Virus record (IMG/VR): IMGVR_UViG_3300005590_000001
Location: 96,001 to 160,000 of that record
Length of the DNA stretch: 64,000 nucleotides
From: a virus
Reading direction: 5' to 3' (one strand)
The notes under the pieces were generated by a model, which saw only the letters and a list, made by a program, of their open reading frames with translations, had not been told where the DNA came from and did not search any database. The translations under genes and the position numbers were made by a program. Of the stretch, positions 21,058 to 31,522 are shown in pieces (position 1 is the first letter of the stretch; the number at the start of each line of letters is the position of its first letter).

Positions 21058-24000
21058 TGGCTACATATTTAGGATCTCATATTGAATCTTTTGATTGCAA
21101 CATGGGTTGGGGCAACGCTGAAAGTTCTGTTGATGTTACATTAGTAGACTGTGTTGGTGATGGATTATCATTTTCGGCAGGTACTATTGGCGGGCCAACA
21201 AGATTTATTTATGGTAGCTTTGATTACTTTGGTATTTTAGAAAAGTATAATACTGAAGAAAATAGTGGTGCTTACGCCAAACATAGTGCAAATATTAGTA
21301 ATGGTCTTGATATTATCAATGGTGTTGAAATCATTATTAATGATTATTATGGTAGTGTCAATAGTGTACCTAATTTACTTAATGTCTTTGGATACTTAGA
21401 AGATAGTGGTGGTTTTGGCGGTAGTGAAATTAATGATGCTGGTATGCCTTGGAAAGCCATTAGAGCTGGCGTAGAAGGAATTGTAAACAGTCCAGCTACT
21501 GGTAATTTTGGAAATGGAATTACTTATAAGGGATATAGATACAAGATTGATCTTAATGACCTGCCATCGGCTCTTCCATCATATTACAGATTTAACGGCG
21601 ACAGTATTACTCTTACTGACTTCATTGATGAGTGTTGTCTTGCTGGCGGTGCAGATTACTTTATCAGTATGGAACCAGCTACTGTTGCAGATTCTGGTAA
21701 TTTTGTTGGAATTTTTAAAGTCAATACTGTTGATAGAACTACAGAAGCCACAACTGGAAACATCGCAAGTTATATCGGCAGTAATTGTATTTCTGAACGA
21801 GAGTATGGTTTGGAAATGCGCAAAGCAACTAATGGTAAATTTGTTGTTGGGCCTCCGGTCGATCGTGTGTGGTTTGTGCTTCCAACTACCAGTGGTAATA
21901 ATGATCCCACCGGAGGAATTACACAGAGTGAATATAGTAATGATACTGTGTTGCCATACTTTGGATTAGACGGTGATGGTAACTATATTGTTGGTTACGG
22001 CCCATCTGGGGATACGAATGAATATTACTTCGATATAGATATTAAAGATGCTGGATATCCGCAGGTTACTTCTTATACTACGTGCTTGGGTGAATTACGC
22101 GCTGCTAAAAAGGGCCGACTTTCTTGGGAGGGTTACTTAGCAAAACGTAATATGAATCGTTATATTATTAATCCGACTGGTCTACAGACTGAATTTTTTG
22201 AATCTCATGCTGGACCGTCTGGCTTTGCCTTCTCAAGCTATAATGGCGTAGATACTTTTGCAATTCCTAAATATGGTTATGAACAAGCCTTTCACCAAAA
22301 GGGTAGAGCTTACGCCCACACGCACTATCCAACTAGTTCTGGTAGAGTACTAACTTATAATCATGACGGAGTACCCAATCCCTACTTTCTTAGAGCAACA
22401 GCTCTAGGATTACCAGATGCTTTTGGAATCGCAGCGGCTAGAATGCTTGAGGGTGATCTTTACACTAAAGCCTCTACTTCTTCATTTTTTGCTAAAGTAT
22501 ATACTGAATTTAAAAATACACTTGGCGTCGGAAATGAGTTTTTACAGCAAGCTTTAAGACCTAGTGATGCTAGGAATGCTAGTAAATTTGAAGATTTCAC
22601 TAATGGTAATATCGGCGATAAAACTTTAATTATTTATCGTAAGATTAAAGATTTGGCCGATAATTATTATAATCGACGATTTATGGTTTCTGCACCATTT
22701 ACCGTTGGTGCCGTTCAACCAGAATCTTATAATATCCGAACAAGTAATGAACCTACAGATCTAGGATATATAGATGAGTCTCAATGGTCTTCTGCTTATA
22801 GCAATGGTTTAATCCCTGATATCTCTGGAATTGCCACGATTACTTCTGCCGATAATAGATTTCATCCATATGTCAAATATGAAAATGCACTAATAGTTAG
22901 TACTGGAACTGGTATTGTATCCGGCCCATATGACTTTTCTGATATAAGTAGTGAAAGTAAAATCGCTAGTGTGCCAGTTACAGCATCTGGATTTATATAC
23001 TACGATATATTCATTCGATGCAGTACTTTCCCGAATATGGTTTATCAAGACACAACAACATTATTAAACCCGCGGGTAGTCATTGAAATGCCGGGCGCAG
23101 TCAAACCTATTGAGAATGTTCAATCTTATGCTAAATCCTTCTTTAATTTAATGGATGAACGCGGGAATGGAGTCGGTGGTGCTTTTGAAAATGATGCTAG
23201 CGTGAACAACGAATTCATTCAAAAAAGATTAGATAAGGTTGGTGCTGATAAAATCCAGTTTCATGATGGTGAAGAGTTCCATTATGCCGATCTTTATGCT
23301 GTACCCCTCCGCAGTAATTTATTGAGTTACGGCCCTTGGTACGCGGTTGGTGCAGATGGCGGTGTACGTTATGAGAAAAACGCAGAATTAACACCGTGGA
23401 ATTATGGTGGTTACACTGCATTGAATACTGCTGGTAATGCGAGAGCTTCTCAAGAAGTGACAAATCAAACCTTTGAAGAGGCTGGATCTGTTACTATAAT
23501 GGGTTCTCCGTTACTGAAACCGGGTGACCAATTAATAGTTAATGGACCCTATATAACAGATATGAGTGTTCGCACGTCTGATGATGGAATTCAAACTACT
23601 TACAGGATGCAATCTTGGTCTGCGCATAGAGCAATTGACAAATTACGAAGTCATAATAATCGGCGGTTACAAAGATTCATCCGTCAATCTTATCAATCTC
23701 AAAGAATTTACAGAGAAGGATTGAAAAGTGGAAGATTCTCCAATGCGGTAGATTTTATTAGCGGCTTAGCTAACAAGTTTACTAGTTTAGATGAGTACGG
23801 ACAAAGGAACAAACCTAGCACTTCTCATAACTTAATTGGCGGACAATTTAATGGTATGAAATCTGAAGTTGCCATACAACCCTTTTATAATGTTTCTGCT
23901 CAATTAAGTAGTGATTATTTTGACAAAGCATTTATGACTCTTGATGGATTATATCGTCCAGTTTCTACCGTTGAACATACTGGAATGAATTATTTTCAAA

Positions 24001-24605
24001 TTCCACCTTCTGGTATAAATGGATTGACTGGTATGGATTTAAATCCGTGGCAGAGTGGTCATGATCTTGGATTTATTACCAGAGGAACTGGATTAGATGA
24101 TACTTATGAAGAGGTAGTAAATACTGGATGGTATGATGAATTCCGTGGTGTTGGTTTTAAATATCCATCTATAGGAGTTGGTTGGGGCCGTGATCAGCAC
24201 GGACGCCCATATCCACCCAGTTCTAGTAATCCAGAAAATTATGAAGAGAATTACATAGGCGATAGTACGCTGTGGGCGGCAGCTCCAGTTGATATGAGAT
24301 TTGATACTGATTATAAATTATGGCAAGCCCCGCCCATTCAAATGGGAATAGCTTATAATGAATTTCCGGCATCAAGTGGTATTACTTCACCGTCTCAGGG
24401 AATAGTGCTTAGATACGATCCAACTTATTTAGGTGGTTCTGGGATATTATTATCTAGCGGCGATGCGTATTGTTTTGATTCTACTATGGGAATTATTGAA
24501 TCAGGAACGATTGTTTATTATTATAATATTGCCGGAAAAAATCATATTCTTTATGCGGCTTGTAACCCAGATTCTGAAGCTTTACAAATAATTGCATCAT
24601 ATTAG
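21057..24605 (+). CDS. Putative baseplate hub/tail tip protein
   Basis: Large beta-rich protein in Tal position; EAGSVTIMGSP..PGD..ITDMSV..GIQTTY hub-like motif. Confidence 0.55.
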   Translation: MATYLGSHIESFDCNMGWGNAESSVDVTLVDCVGDGLSFSAGTIGGPTRFIYGSFDYFGILEKYNTEENSGAYAKHSANISNGLDIINGVEIIINDYYGSVNSVPNLLNVFGYLEDSGGFGGSEINDAGMPWKAIRAGVEGIVNSPATGNFGNGITYKGYRYKIDLNDLPSALPSYYRFNGDSITLTDFIDECCLAGGADYFISMEPATVADSGNFVGIFKVNTVDRTTEATTGNIASYIGSNCISEREYGLEMRKATNGKFVVGPPVDRVWFVLPTTSGNNDPTGGITQSEYSNDTVLPYFGLDGDGNYIVGYGPSGDTNEYYFDIDIKDAGYPQVTSYTTCLGELRAAKKGRLSWEGYLAKRNMNRYIINPTGLQTEFFESHAGPSGFAFSSYNGVDTFAIPKYGYEQAFHQKGRAYAHTHYPTSSGRVLTYNHDGVPNPYFLRATALGLPDAFGIAAARMLEGDLYTKASTSSFFAKVYTEFKNTLGVGNEFLQQALRPSDARNASKFEDFTNGNIGDKTLIIYRKIKDLADNYYNRRFMVSAPFTVGAVQPESYNIRTSNEPTDLGYIDESQWSSAYSNGLIPDISGIATITSADNRFHPYVKYENALIVSTGTGIVSGPYDFSDISSESKIASVPVTASGFIYYDIFIRCSTFPNMVYQDTTTLLNPRVVIEMPGAVKPIENVQSYAKSFFNLMDERGNGVGGAFENDASVNNEFIQKRLDKVGADKIQFHDGEEFHYADLYAVPLRSNLLSYGPWYAVGADGGVRYEKNAELTPWNYGGYTALNTAGNARASQEVTNQTFEEAGSVTIMGSPLLKPGDQLIVNGPYITDMSVRTSDDGIQTTYRMQSWSAHRAIDKLRSHNNRRLQRFIRQSYQSQRIYREGLKSGRFSNAVDFISGLANKFTSLDEYGQRNKPSTSHNLIGGQFNGMKSEVAIQPFYNVSAQLSSDYFDKAFMTLDGLYRPVSTVEHTGMNYFQIPPSGINGLTGMDLNPWQSGHDLGFITRGTGLDDTYEEVVNTGWYDEFRGVGFKYPSIGVGWGRDQHGRPYPPSSSNPENYEENYIGDSTLWAAAPVDMRFDTDYKLWQAPPIQMGIAYNEFPASSGITSPSQGIVLRYDPTYLGGSGILLSSGDAYCFDSTMGIIESGTIVYYYNIAGKNHILYAACNPDSEALQIIASY

Positions 24606-24614
24606 GATTAAGAA

Positions 24615-27491
24615 ATGAGACGCGGCAGACCTTGTGCTTGTGGCTGTGTGGAATGTGTTGGATATACTTGTACGAATCCATACACTAGCGACGGATGCTT
24701 AACACGAGTATTACAACATTTTTATGATGATTTCGAAGAACCGTATAGCAATCCGGGTTGGGAAAATGGAGACCGCTTCATTGCAACTGGTGGTTATGGT
24801 GTACCAGTAGAAAGTGGATTTGTTTCTGATACTGTTCCGGGATCATCTCTACCATCACCAGTAGATTGTTTAAGTTATATTGGCGCTTGTACTTGGTGTT
24901 ATGATTTAGCTTGTGATGGATCTGGTGTTGGCGGCAGTATAGAAATAGAAAACGGTCCAAAGATTACTGTTTGTCATGACAGCGTTGTTTTTTATCCACC
25001 TGATGGATCTGGTGTAGAAATAGCAACAAATTTTCAAAGTTGTGATAATATTGTGATGTATTTTCGTCACTATGCCATTCCGCCAGTAGGAAACTATAAT
25101 CAATCTATTCAAATTATACACAGAAGAAATGGCACCATAAGCGGATGTAATAATTATAATGGTTTAGCCGTTACACCTGCTGATACTGGAGACTGTGATT
25201 TTACAAGTTGCTCAATTTATTCAAATGATTTTGTAGAATCTACTGGACAGTATACTATTAGTTCTTCATTAGATACTGTTATTGGTGCTAATGCAACGCG
25301 AGATTGGAAAATTGATCAAGTTTGTATCACGCAGAATGAAGTTAAGAAGAATCCGGGTTGGTATGATTGTTATGACAATGGAGATTGTGGTAGATATATC
25401 AAGCCAAATTATTTTAATTGGAGCGATACATTTTGTAATTATGCCGAAGAATCTGGTAACTATATTAATTTAATTTGGGGTTTCGATATAGATGAATTGT
25501 TCTATGAAGATTGCGATTGGGAACCGCCTGTTGGATCTTCAGCTCAGGGTCTTTTTGTTACACCATTATCACAAATTACTATTGACTGGCATGATACTGG
25601 TATTTTGAATGTCGTTCCAATTATGGCCGTACAAGATGTCAATACTATTGTTTGTGACACCGGCAACACTTATGGGCGTATGGTTGCTTTTAGTGGTGAT
25701 GGTTGCGGGTGTTATGGTGATTTACCCATATTATCTTTTAATGATCCAACCAAGATGGGTATCTATGGCAGTACTTCTGCTCAAGCAGAACAGGGTAACA
25801 TGACTATAATGGGTACTACAAATCCATTTCCAAATCTTGGTCGATCTGTTTCTTGGCCCACTGATACCATTACAACTAATTGTGACTTACCAAATCATAG
25901 TAGTGATGCTAATTTATCAAATGTAAGTTTATTAACCATTCCGCGCGAAGACAATCGTTACTCTGTAAATCGCTATTATGAGCTAGAGGGTTTTTACTCT
26001 AACGATGAATTTCTTTTCGATTACACATTGGATCCGCAGTGGATTTGTTCCTATAATTGTTACAAACTCTCATTTAACACATCTTACAATTGGTGGGAAG
26101 GAACATATTGGGCAATAGAAGGTTCTGGTACTTCCTCACACCCTTTACCAAGTGGTGGACGTATTACTGGTGGTGGTGTGAATGCTTATTCAGATTTTGA
26201 TGGTATTGACTTTGATTCTATTTATGAAAGTGATCAGTGTTGTTCATCATATGATATGTATATTTATTCACCTTGTGGTGGGGGAACAACATTTTATACT
26301 GAATTACATGAAGTAAGTGGTGATCTGGCTGCCTCTACATTAACAATGAATGTAGGAGCTTCTATTTTTAATTCATTTATGTCCGCTGGCAACTTTCAAG
26401 CTGTTTATGATACTGATACTTCAATAAATTCTTGGTGTGCTGGTTTTGATTTTCAACAAAGTACTTGTTGTTTGTTTGATTGGGAATCAGATATTGCTAA
26501 TAGTACTGATTATAACATTGTTTCATATCCAATAAATACAGGATGTTTTCACCCCGTTTATCAAGGACTTGGTCAAGCTGATCTTAAGGCTATATGGGGT
26601 CCTCCAGCAGGTAATGGTTTACCGTTTTGTATGCTAGATCCTTTTGGATTTCCTGTTTATAATTCAGTAGATGAGCCGCAATCTAATAGAACTATTGATC
26701 AAGCAAATTCAAGACAAAGTCCTAAATTTGGTAAAGTATTTAATAGAACAGGAGCATCTGGAATATGCTTAGTTAGTACTGATGAAATTAAAATTTATGA
26801 TGCGACATTAGGATTCGGCACTTTTGCGGTTCCGGTAGATCAATGGGATGTGGCAAACGGCACCGCAGATTGCAGTTATAATAATGTATCAATTTTAAAC
26901 GGCGAAGTCAGAGCAGAATATTATTTCTATGCTGGCAGTGGAATTTCTGAATATGGTAATTATTCAGGGACGATTACTGATTTACCAGATATTGGCCATA
27001 ATTCTTTTGCGCCAAGTGGATATCCATTCTTGACTAGCGATTGGACTTATTCACACACGGTTCCTACCGCTCCTGCACATTGTTGGGTGTGGTATGATTC
27101 TGTAGATTCAGAAATTAAAGCAGCTCTAAAAGGACCACAATCTGCTTGTGCTACCTTGGATGGATTATTTGAAATTATGAGTAGATATTTTACTAGTGGT
27201 TTTCAAGGAGAATTGCTTACTGATTGGATGCAATCTGAGACAGACCTAAAAGATGGCAGATATTTAGCCGAAGTTAATGTATTGAGCGCTAGTGGTGAAC
27301 CACTTAAGTTAGAAATATTACAACCATTTAAGTCTCATATAAAATTTCCAATTGAAAATGGCGCTAATAATGGAGAAGAGCCAGACTGTCCTTCTGTGAG
27401 TGGTTTGGAAGAAATTTATTTCCGACACATTCCAAGACTTTGTAGGGTTGTGTTAACAGAAACAAGTGAAAATAGACTATGTTCATTCTAA
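24615..27491 (+). CDS. Cys-rich acidic tail tip/receptor-binding-like protein
   Basis: About 41 Cys in 958 aa; N-terminal PCACGCVEC. Confidence 0.55.
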   Translation: MRRGRPCACGCVECVGYTCTNPYTSDGCLTRVLQHFYDDFEEPYSNPGWENGDRFIATGGYGVPVESGFVSDTVPGSSLPSPVDCLSYIGACTWCYDLACDGSGVGGSIEIENGPKITVCHDSVVFYPPDGSGVEIATNFQSCDNIVMYFRHYAIPPVGNYNQSIQIIHRRNGTISGCNNYNGLAVTPADTGDCDFTSCSIYSNDFVESTGQYTISSSLDTVIGANATRDWKIDQVCITQNEVKKNPGWYDCYDNGDCGRYIKPNYFNWSDTFCNYAEESGNYINLIWGFDIDELFYEDCDWEPPVGSSAQGLFVTPLSQITIDWHDTGILNVVPIMAVQDVNTIVCDTGNTYGRMVAFSGDGCGCYGDLPILSFNDPTKMGIYGSTSAQAEQGNMTIMGTTNPFPNLGRSVSWPTDTITTNCDLPNHSSDANLSNVSLLTIPREDNRYSVNRYYELEGFYSNDEFLFDYTLDPQWICSYNCYKLSFNTSYNWWEGTYWAIEGSGTSSHPLPSGGRITGGGVNAYSDFDGIDFDSIYESDQCCSSYDMYIYSPCGGGTTFYTELHEVSGDLAASTLTMNVGASIFNSFMSAGNFQAVYDTDTSINSWCAGFDFQQSTCCLFDWESDIANSTDYNIVSYPINTGCFHPVYQGLGQADLKAIWGPPAGNGLPFCMLDPFGFPVYNSVDEPQSNRTIDQANSRQSPKFGKVFNRTGASGICLVSTDEIKIYDATLGFGTFAVPVDQWDVANGTADCSYNNVSILNGEVRAEYYFYAGSGISEYGNYSGTITDLPDIGHNSFAPSGYPFLTSDWTYSHTVPTAPAHCWVWYDSVDSEIKAALKGPQSACATLDGLFEIMSRYFTSGFQGELLTDWMQSETDLKDGRYLAEVNVLSASGEPLKLEILQPFKSHIKFPIENGANNGEEPDCPSVSGLEEIYFRHIPRLCRVVLTETSENRLCSF

Positions 27492-28108
27492 AATCTGAAG
27501 ATGAAATTAAAAATATTCCTCATTACACGAAGTATATATTTACATACGTTCCATTGCATGAATTTACAATGAAAGGGGCTCATGTTATACATGTACTAGA
27601 TGACCCGATGAAAATGAACCGTCCGGGATTATCATCTTATGTAATTACCCGTGGATTTGATAAGGCCGGATTAATGCGGTGGGATGAGCCATTGGAAGAT
27701 TTCATTAAAGTTTTTGAAGCAAAACAAATCATTATTTCAAATCAATCTAAAAGATATATGACATTAGGAGATGTTTCAATGGTTAGTAATACTAAAAAAG
27801 TAATTAATTTCGCCGGAGCTTTAGTTAAGCATATAGCTAATGGTTTAAAAAATGTCAGCGACGAAGAACAACAACGACGATTGGAAATTTGCAATTCTTG
27901 CCCGTTATTATTAAACGGCGAATGTTCACTGTGCGGTTGTCCAGTAGAAGAAAAGACTAAGTGGGAATCAGAAGATTGCCCAGATGATCCATCTCGTTGG
28001 ACTGGTGAAGCAAAGAAAAAGCAGGCGTTGCCGCCTGCTCCTCAAACTCAACCCGCTCCTATGAGCCAACCTAGAAAGAAAAAGGGCGGCTGTGGATGCG
28101 GTGGCTAA
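27479..28108 (+). CDS. Cys-cluster protein (DUF6171-like C-terminal domain)
   Basis: RLEICNSCP..ECSLCGC..KTKW..EDCP..RW and terminal GGCGCGG. Confidence 0.55.
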   Translation: MFILKSEDEIKNIPHYTKYIFTYVPLHEFTMKGAHVIHVLDDPMKMNRPGLSSYVITRGFDKAGLMRWDEPLEDFIKVFEAKQIIISNQSKRYMTLGDVSMVSNTKKVINFAGALVKHIANGLKNVSDEEQQRRLEICNSCPLLLNGECSLCGCPVEEKTKWESEDCPDDPSRWTGEAKKKQALPPAPQTQPAPMSQPRKKKGGCGCGG

Positions 28109-28848
28109 TTTTTTTGTTGATGCTTCTGAATGTAATTAAAGAATGCATGTCCTTGTTCTAAACTAAAATCATCTAGATTTGCCGGACCTTTAAATTCTCT
28201 TAGACATTCTTCAAGACTAATTCCAAGAGCCACTAATTTCTTATGAATTAAGTTTTTAACTCTTTCAGTAATTTTCTGAACATCAGCTGATGGTGCCGGT
28301 TCAAAGGCATCCTCTGTATAACCAGAAACCATTTCTTCAGCTGAAGTTACCTGTAGGCCGAGTGCTTTTTTGAGTGCTCGGCTTTCTGCTTTAGTCTCTG
28401 CAGTAGCTGCCGGATGTTGAGCAAATTTATTATTCTTTGTCTCTACACAATCTGCTAATCCACGAAATGTACGCACTGGATACGACACATCAATATTGCC
28501 GTAGTCAATTGGTAAAGACATTTTCCAATAAATTTGTAACTCATACAATACTGTAACCACACGACTATCTTCCGTTGGGCTTACATCAAAATTTACCGGC
28601 CCAGCAAATTTAAAATCGCCCAAATATTTTTGAGCTAATCGCCGAAGACCAATACATCTTGGATATCTTTCTTCATATTTCTCTTCTTCTGTAAGTTCAG
28701 ACATGAGCATCTCTTGCCATGCATCACTGCCATACGCAAGATTTTGTTCGTCTAGAGCCTCTTCTACTGTGGTTGGTTGTTGAGGTTCTTCAAATGCAAT
28801 TTTAAAATCATCATTTGATTCTTCATCAACTACTTTACGCTTAGCCAC
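28105..28848 (-). CDS. Rad52/Sak-like single-strand annealing protein
   Basis: GLRRLA...GLADC...ATAETKAESRALKKALGL motif. Confidence 0.55.
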   Translation of the reverse strand: MAKRKVVDEESNDDFKIAFEEPQQPTTVEEALDEQNLAYGSDAWQEMLMSELTEEEKYEERYPRCIGLRRLAQKYLGDFKFAGPVNFDVSPTEDSRVVTVLYELQIYWKMSLPIDYGNIDVSYPVRTFRGLADCVETKNNKFAQHPAATAETKAESRALKKALGLQVTSAEEMVSGYTEDAFEPAPSADVQKITERVKNLIHKKLVALGISLEECLREFKGPANLDDFSLEQGHAFFNYIQKHQQKN

Positions 28849-29293
28849 TATTTAATACCCCTTGTAAATTTTGAAAAGTTAAGTCGCAAACTGTTGGTCT
28901 ACGACCACAATATTGTTCAATTTTGTCTGCATGATCCACACATCGGCACAATAAATAATCTGCTGATCGGAATAATTCAATATTCTTTTCATACGAAATA
29001 CCATTATTGTGCCAATCTAAATCATATACATAATAAATGCGCTTACTATTAGTTGGAATTCTTTCCGCTATTAAGGCTTCTTCACCTTGCGTATATATTA
29101 AAATGTTATCCCATAAACTATATACATTTAAAATTGGTAAACAAGAAATATCATCATGAGCAACCGACGCCATAGTGAACAGTGCCGCCTGAGACGGCTG
29201 GTTCTGTATTATATTTTTTATCTGCAGCATCCTTTGACTCTTCTTGTTCGACTTTAGCAGGAAGCACATCAAGTTCTTTTTGTACGGTAACAA
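28841..29293 (-). CDS. Glycosyltransferase-fragment-like protein
   Basis: RIYYVYDLDW...LLCRC..HA..I resembles the N-terminal Rossmann domain of GT-B enzymes; start may be at 29230. Confidence 0.4.
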   Translation of the reverse strand: MLPYKKNLMCFLLKSNKKSQRMLQIKNIIQNQPSQAALFTMASVAHDDISCLPILNVYSLWDNILIYTQGEEALIAERIPTNSKRIYYVYDLDWHNNGISYEKNIELFRSADYLLCRCVDHADKIEQYCGRRPTVCDLTFQNLQGVLNSG

Positions 29294-29678
29294 TTCGTTT
29301 TTCCTTTAAATCAATAATTTTTTTACCTAAATGACTAAACCAATCTGGTAAACCATGACGAATAATAACATAATCAAAGTATTGGAAATCAATCTTTAAA
29401 TCATTATAATTCATATTGAGAATAGCAGCTTTACTATTGGGGAAAAGTCCAGATCTATATCTATTAACTAATCCGTCCTCTTCTAAGACAACAACATCGT
29501 GTCCCTTCTCTGCTAGATATTCTCCCTCTGGAGACAAACCTCCATCAAGATCTAAAATCTTTTGTCGACCTTTAACTTTATTTAAAAGTTTTTTATCGTC
29601 TTTGTCTACTGGATCTCCACCAGCATCCAAAATTCCTTTTAATTGCATTCTTTGTGTAGTTAGTGATATTTTTTTCAT
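29154..29678 (-). CDS. SAM-methyltransferase-like protein (degenerate)
   Basis: KILDLDGG..YLAEKGHDVVVLE...FDYVII. Confidence 0.5.
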   Translation of the reverse strand: MKKISLTTQRMQLKGILDAGGDPVDKDDKKLLNKVKGRQKILDLDGGLSPEGEYLAEKGHDVVVLEEDGLVNRYRSGLFPNSKAAILNMNYNDLKIDFQYFDYVIIRHGLPDWFSHLGKKIIDLKEKRIVTVQKELDVLPAKVEQEESKDAADKKYNTEPAVSGGTVHYGVGCS

Positions 29679-30148
29679 ATTATTCCAAATGCCTTATTAT
29701 TAGTTGTTGTGATGATTCCGGTACGTCCGGTGATTTTTTCCAACTCATCAAAAATTTTCTTTTCATCTTCTCTATGAACATCATCTACAATCATTGTAAC
29801 ATCTGTATTGAATAAATCAATATTTTTTATAAATCCATACCGCCCAATAATACCCGGTGGACCATCAATTAAAATACATGAGTATTCTTTTGGTAATGAT
29901 TTTAATGCATATGCGTCATACCAACTATCTTTAATTGGCGCGTAAATATACTTTATATTTGCGGAACTATGCATACCAATAAATTTGTAATCATGTTCAA
30001 CTGAAAAAACTTTCCAGTACTTTGCTAATACAGCAGTTGCTTGTCCACTTCCTAATTCTATAATATTAGTAAAACTAGGAATATTTTGCCGCATCCAAAC
30101 AAAGATCTCGTAGTCTATTGACCACTCTCCAAAATTTTCTTTTTCCAT
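29675..30148 (-). CDS. Class I SAM-dependent methyltransferase
   Basis: IIELGSG, SVEHD, ILIDGP, IVDD motifs. Confidence 0.75.
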   Translation of the reverse strand: MEKENFGEWSIDYEIFVWMRQNIPSFTNIIELGSGQATAVLAKYWKVFSVEHDYKFIGMHSSANIKYIYAPIKDSWYDAYALKSLPKEYSCILIDGPPGIIGRYGFIKNIDLFNTDVTMIVDDVHREDEKKIFDELEKITGRTGIITTTNNKAFGII

Positions 30149-30828
30149 TCTTCTATCTTTTTAGATTGTCTTATCGACAATATATGGTTATCTTTCAAAA
30201 GATTATCCCATTCACAATCTTTGTATGTTTCTGGATTTACAGAGGAAAGATTGATATCAACCTTTTCTTGTAAATTGAATACATTAATACAGTTTTCAAA
30301 ATCAAATGGGGTTAGTGCCACTTTGCCTAAGCTATTAATTTTCATAATTTCTTCAATTTCGTTGGCGGCACATATGACGTTGGATTTATATAATGCTCCG
30401 GTAAATTCTTGCGGAATAGATCCACAAGTAGCGATACCATAACCCTCACCAAATACTTTTAATGAGTATCCCAAAGATTCGATCTTTTTAACAAAGATCA
30501 TACTATCTGGACGTCTATTAAATAATACAACTTCTGTTCCATAAAGCTCTTTTGGTTCAAGAAATTTTAATTGCAACGGGTCAAACCCTTGTTGAAAATT
30601 ATAATTTAATCCGGGAAATGACAGTCCGGGAGCACAAAATTTTACAGCAGGGAATTGATTCATAGCTCTTTCAGCTTCAGCTACATTCTCAGTTAAAATC
30701 ATATCCGGGATAGGATCTTCAGAAGCCATCTGAAATACTGATTTTTGTTGTATTATTAATTGGACATCTCCGCCAGAAAGAATTTTATCCGCTGACAGTA
30801 ATCCGTATATATTAGTTTTAATTATCAT
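30115..30828 (-). CDS. Degenerate GT-B-like protein
   Basis: GFDP...LKVFGEGY...LYKS pattern resembling CgeB-like GT-B proteins. Confidence 0.35.
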   Translation of the reverse strand: MIIKTNIYGLLSADKILSGGDVQLIIQQKSVFQMASEDPIPDMILTENVAEAERAMNQFPAVKFCAPGLSFPGLNYNFQQGFDPLQLKFLEPKELYGTEVVLFNRRPDSMIFVKKIESLGYSLKVFGEGYGIATCGSIPQEFTGALYKSNVICAANEIEEIMKINSLGKVALTPFDFENCINVFNLQEKVDINLSSVNPETYKDCEWDNLLKDNHILSIRQSKKIEEWKKKILESGQ

Positions 30829-31522
30829 AATTTAAAAATGATTTCGATGTATCTTCAATTGCTTCTAATTTAAATTCTTCAAAAAGTTCAAAGTCAAACA
30901 TATTTTTTCTACATGTAGAACTGCAAACTTTTTTCTTCAATCTTGCCACATCTGGCTTAGAAAGTTTAGTCAGTCCTAAAAATTTCTTATTCGATTTAAA
31001 AGTAAATGATCTGATGTTATTTAATCTATCTTGTATTAATCCAACCCCATTAGCTTTAATTTCTTTATACAATGTAGCACTATTTTCTGCATCATATAAT
31101 TTTTCAAAAGAAAAATAGGACGGAACAAATTCTCCTCTTAAGAAGAATACTAATGGGGATAAACTTGCGTTAATTCCTATTCTAACATCTTCTGCAGAAT
31201 TTGAAACATCATAAATTACATTTTCAACAATACAATATTCACTTCTTCGATCAAACTTTAATACCTTGTTTATCTTATGACCGCCGACAATAATAATTTC
31301 TGGATCATAACAAAATGCATGTATCACATCTAATTGATAATTTAATATTTCTGATCCAGCATACTCCATTAATGATGGAGGTAAATTGGATATTTTATTA
31401 CAATATGGTCTAGAATTAATAATAATAAAAGCAGCTTTGTGACACACTTGGTGTTTAGAGGCTGGCTTAACTTTATCATAAATTACACTACGACCCTCAT
31501 ATTTAAAGGTAGAGATGGGCAT
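30818..31522 (-). CDS. Nucleotidyltransferase-like (LicC/GlmU fold) protein with degenerate signature
   Basis: P.SLM..GSEILNYQL...EIIIVGGH...VEN..Y..SNSAEDVRIG; lacks LAAGxGxR. Confidence 0.55.
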   Translation of the reverse strand: MPISTFKYEGRSVIYDKVKPASKHQVCHKAAFIIINSRPYCNKISNLPPSLMEYAGSEILNYQLDVIHAFCYDPEIIIVGGHKINKVLKFDRRSEYCIVENVIYDVSNSAEDVRIGINASLSPLVFFLRGEFVPSYFSFEKLYDAENSATLYKEIKANGVGLIQDRLNNIRSFTFKSNKKFLGLTKLSKPDVARLKKKVCSSTCRKNMFDFELFEEFKLEAIEDTSKSFLNYDN

